From a virus (Duplodnaviria > Caudoviricetes), in IMG/VR virus record IMGVR_UViG_3300028048_000064, positions 64,001 to 128,000 of that record: a stretch of 64,000 nt of DNA; one strand, given 5' to 3'. The position numbers and the translations under genes were made by a program. Shown here piece after piece: positions 61,570 to 64,000 of the stretch. Below the pieces are notes generated by a model. The model worked only from the letters and a program-made list of their open reading frames with translations, was not told the DNA's origin and made no database searches. Positions within the stretch are counted from its first letter, which is position 1; each line of letters starts with the position of its first letter.

Positions 61570-61641
61570 GCTTGGATAGCTCAGAGGCAGAGCATCGCAC
61601 TGTTAATGCGAGGGTCGGGATATCGTAATTCTCTCCAAGCG
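61570..61641 (+). tRNA. tRNA-Asn(GTT) with non-canonical T arm
   Basis: GCTTGGA/TCCAAGC acceptor, TAGCTCAG D arm, TCGCA-CT-GTT-AA-TGCGA; T loop reads ATCGTAA. Confidence 0.75.
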
Positions 61642-61658
61642 CAAAATATTTTTGTATT

Positions 61659-61779
61659 AAAAACTCCGAGGGTTGGAAGATGGTTGGACTTACGGCAAAT
61701 GCTAGGAACCTGATGAACCGTAAGTCAAAGGTGTGTTGTAGGAGTTGCAGGTGAAACGGACAACAGTGTAGGAGTTTTT
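61659..61779 (+). ncRNA. ~120-nt structured RNA candidate between tRNAs
   Basis: AAAAACTCC/GGAGTTTTT, GACTTACGG/CCGTAAGTC and TGTTGT/ACAACA helices. Confidence 0.5.
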
Positions 61780-61785
61780 TTATAT

Positions 61786-61943
61786 GTGGCAGTAACTCAG
61801 TTGGTAGAGTGCCGGACTGAATACAGAGTAAACTGAAAAATCAAACTTCGTATTGGTTGAGTGGCTGAAACTTTTAAACATTGGTTCGAATCCAATATAC
61901 GAAGCAAATCCGGTTGTCGGTGGTTCAAATCCACCCTGCCGCA
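61786..61943 (+). tRNA. tRNA-Phe(GAA) interrupted by an 85-nt insert (61822-61906) containing a tRNA-like module
   Basis: Removing the insert gives a canonical cloverleaf: GTGGCAG/CTGCCGC, CCGGA-CT-GAA-AA-TCCGG, GGTGG-TTCAAAT-CCACC. Confidence 0.88.
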
Positions 61944-61971
61944 CATTTATATGAAAAAAAAACGTTCGAAA

Positions 61972-62003
61972 CTTGTTTATTCAACTATTTATTAGTATAT
62001 TTG
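61972..62003 (+). promoter_or_regulatory. Bacteroidota sigma-A-type promoter for the endonuclease
   Basis: CTTG-N20-TATATTTG. Confidence 0.65.
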
Positions 62004-62021
62004 CAATATATTAGTAAAAAA

Positions 62022-63068
62022 ATGAAAATGATTGATATTACAAGCGACGAAAACAAGAGAGAAATTTACAAATTATTTGATTCTTTTAATAAAAAAGAAG
62101 ACATATACAATTATTTTGGAATAAGTCATAATAGCTATGGTGTTAAGTATGTTAATGCTATTGCATTAGAGATTAATTTTGATTTAAATATTTATCATAA
62201 AAGACGTTTTCCGGAAAGATTTTGTTTAAATTGTGGAAAAAAATTAAAAAAAGGACAAAAGAAATTTTGTGGCCATTCTTGTTCAGCCTCATATAATAAT
62301 GCTACAAGTGCAAAAGTTGTTAATAAGAAGAAAAAACAAGTAAAAAGTCGGGTAAACAAACAAAATAAATGTAAAGTATGTGGAAAAATAGATTGTTTAC
62401 ATACAGGCGTTTGTAATCATCATTCTTTAAATTGGTTTGATAATCTTATATATTTCGGTTTTGATAAAACGAAGTTAGGAACTGATGGCGTTTTTAATGA
62501 ATATGAAAATGTAAAAAAGAAAATTTCAGATGAATATAAAAATGGTTTGTCTGTATCTGCAATCAAAGAAAAATATAATTATCAGGGTTCAACTGAACGT
62601 CTTGTTCATGTTATGAAAAACATGGGAATTAATTTACGTTGTTTATCTGATGCTTTGCGTAAAGCCATTAGCGAAAAACGTTGTAAATTGCCAGAAGTTA
62701 TGAAACAATTTAATTATGGGTGGCATAATACATGGGATGGATACAAAGTTTTTTATCGCAGTTCATATGAATATGATTTATGCAAATATTTTGATGACAG
62801 AAAAATACACTATGAAATGGAAAATTTAGTAATTGAGTATTTTGACACCATTTTAAATAAAAAGCGTTATGCGTTACCAGATTTTTATATTGAAAAAGAG
62901 AATAAAATTATAGAAGTTAAATCAAGAGTGACATTTGTTAAACAGAATATGATAGATAAAATGAAACGTTATATAGAGTTAGGGTATGATGTTTTATTAA
63001 ATTATGAGCATAAAATGTATACCTTTGATGAAATGCTTAAAATTGAAGAATATAAGTATAAGATTTAA
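62022..63068 (+). CDS. free-standing homing-type endonuclease: zinc finger plus C-terminal PD-(D/E)xK (TnsA-N-like) domain
   Basis: CLNCGK...KFCGHSC zinc finger; YRSSYE...YALPDFYI...IIEVK. Start moved to ATG 62022. Confidence 0.75.
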   Translation: MKMIDITSDENKREIYKLFDSFNKKEDIYNYFGISHNSYGVKYVNAIALEINFDLNIYHKRRFPERFCLNCGKKLKKGQKKFCGHSCSASYNNATSAKVVNKKKKQVKSRVNKQNKCKVCGKIDCLHTGVCNHHSLNWFDNLIYFGFDKTKLGTDGVFNEYENVKKKISDEYKNGLSVSAIKEKYNYQGSTERLVHVMKNMGINLRCLSDALRKAISEKRCKLPEVMKQFNYGWHNTWDGYKVFYRSSYEYDLCKYFDDRKIHYEMENLVIEYFDTILNKKRYALPDFYIEKENKIIEVKSRVTFVKQNMIDKMKRYIELGYDVLLNYEHKMYTFDEMLKIEEYKYKI

Positions 63069-63075
63069 ATAATTT

Positions 63076-63274
63076 GGGAGGTTATTCCGTAAGTGGTAGC
63101 GGGGCTGACTGTATACAGAGTAAACTGAAAATCAAATTTTAGTTTGGCTGAGTGGTTGAAAGCTAAGGCACTAAGTGCTGAGTGAATTTACACTCACATT
63201 CGCCGGTTCGAATCCGACAACTAAAACAAATCAGCTGCTTAACGGCTCGGGTGGTTCGACTCCATCACCTCCCA
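63076..63274 (+). tRNA. tRNA-Tyr(GTA) interrupted by a 115-nt insert (63114-63228) containing a tRNA-like module
   Basis: Removing the insert gives GGGAGGT/ACCTCCC, GCTGA-CT-GTA-AA-TCAGC, a long variable arm and GGTGG-TTCGACT-CCATC. Confidence 0.88.
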
Positions 63275-63308
63275 CATAATTTTTCATAACTAATGTTTCT
63301 GATTGAAT

Positions 63309-63599
63309 ATGTTACAGAAAATTAAAGAAAAATATAAACGATACAAAAGGTTAAAAGGACTTAGAACATATCGTAAGTTAAGAAACACTTTTGATACTGA
63401 ATATGGAAAATTCCTTGCTTATATGTATTATGTCGGTGGTGAAGGAAAATTAGAAGACTTATATAAGTTATTTAATCCTGAAATAATTAGACGTGCTTGG
63501 TTTGCCGGATATTTTAACGTCTATGATAAAAATTTAGGGTGGAAAGACCATCTGTACAATACAGATGTATATAAAAAATATGATAATGGAAAAAAATAA
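63309..63599 (+). CDS. hypothetical protein
   Basis: Basic ~96-aa ORF within the tRNA cluster. Confidence 0.5.
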   Translation: MLQKIKEKYKRYKRLKGLRTYRKLRNTFDTEYGKFLAYMYYVGGEGKLEDLYKLFNPEIIRRAWFAGYFNVYDKNLGWKDHLYNTDVYKKYDNGKK

Positions 63600-63832
63600 A
63601 ATTCAGACCCGATGTTTTGCTGTGTCAGAGTAAATAAACAGTAGGTGGGATATGGTATGTCACCTTGATAGAAGAAACAGAGAGAAACTGTGCTAATATC
63701 AGAATAAACCATTAATACTAGTTAAGGGTAATGAGGTTTTGTAGGTAAGGAAACCGCCGCACTAAGTTTGGAAACAATAAATAAGAACTAAGTGAAATGG
63801 TAAGTTGGTTTATGGATTTCCAACGTAAATTT

Positions 63833-63905
63833 AGCCCATTCATCTAGCGGCCTAGGATACATGCCTCTCACGCATGTCACAGCAGTTCAAATCTGCTATG
63901 GGTTA
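63833..63905 (+). tRNA. tRNA-Glu(CTC)
   Basis: AGCCCAT/ATGGGTT, CATGC-CT-CTC-AC-GCATG, AGCAG-TTCAAAT-CTGCT. Confidence 0.88.
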
Positions 63906-63916
63906 CAAATTATTTT

Positions 63917-63993
63917 GGGGGCGTAGTTCAGTTGGCTAGAACATCTGCTTTGCAAGCAGGGGGTCGTGGGTTCAAGTCCCACCGTCTCCACCA
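63917..63993 (+). tRNA. tRNA-Ala(TGC) with encoded CCA
   Basis: GGGGGCG/CGTCTCC with G3-U70, TT-TGC-AA loop, GTGGG-TTCAAGT-CCCAC, ACCA. Confidence 0.95.
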
Positions 63994-64000
63994 ACTTGAT

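Noticed and set aside
61516-61713. 65-aa ORF in the RNA cluster
   Set aside because: It overlaps tRNA-Asn and structured RNA candidates and has no coding features.
61710-61757. Hammerhead ribozyme (CTGATGA...GAAA)
   Set aside because: No convincing stems I and III with an NUH cleavage site could be built, and the segment pairs better in other helices.
61881-62021. N-terminal extension of the endonuclease ORF
   Set aside because: It overlaps tRNA-Phe and the gene's own promoter; the real start is probably ATG 62022.
61822-63228. Group I/II intron or archaeal BHB intron as the explanation for the tRNA inserts
   Set aside because: The inserts are only 85 and 115 nt, have no catalytic core motifs, do not end in G, and form no bulge-helix-bulge at the junctions.
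1-64000. Alternative genetic code (TAG read-through as in Lak and some crAss-like phages)
   Set aside because: Long genes are intact in code 11, and TAG terminates several genes exactly before the next gene starts (for example 20410, 26688, 30435, 41748).
1-64000. CRISPR array
   Set aside because: No regularly spaced direct repeats were seen; the only long repeats are TR/VR1/VR2 and the tRNA-insert leader.

Overview
This is a 64-kb segment of a large, AT-rich, tailed (myovirus-like, probably jumbo) phage using the standard genetic code. Its host is most likely a Bacteroidota anaerobe: nine TTTG-N20-TAnnTTTG promoters, BACON-like domains and a class III RNR point that way. Gene order runs as follows. 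First come a DnaB-like helicase and nrdD-nrdG followed by an FNT (formate/nitrite) channel. Next is a baseplate/tail block that includes a 2434-aa protein. Then come Mre11/SbcD, RuvC-like, primase, Rad50/SbcC and sigma-70 genes, a solo TnpB, putative head-internal and lysis genes, three orphan DNA methyltransferases, ClpP, a ferritin-like gene, and a Ro60/TROVE gene flanked by structured RNA candidates. A complete diversity-generating retroelement (avd, TR, RT) follows, whose single target gene carries two variable repeats. The window ends in a tRNA/ncRNA cluster. The most unusual signal is in that cluster. tRNA-Phe(GAA) and tRNA-Tyr(GTA) are each interrupted right after the anticodon by a related 85/115-nt insert. 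Each insert is a shared 23-24-nt leader plus a nested tRNA-shaped module with no proper anticodon arm. The two genes flank a free-standing PD-(D/E)xK endonuclease and lie next to several large, end-paired structured RNA candidates. All calls are from reading the sequence; no searches or folding programs were run.
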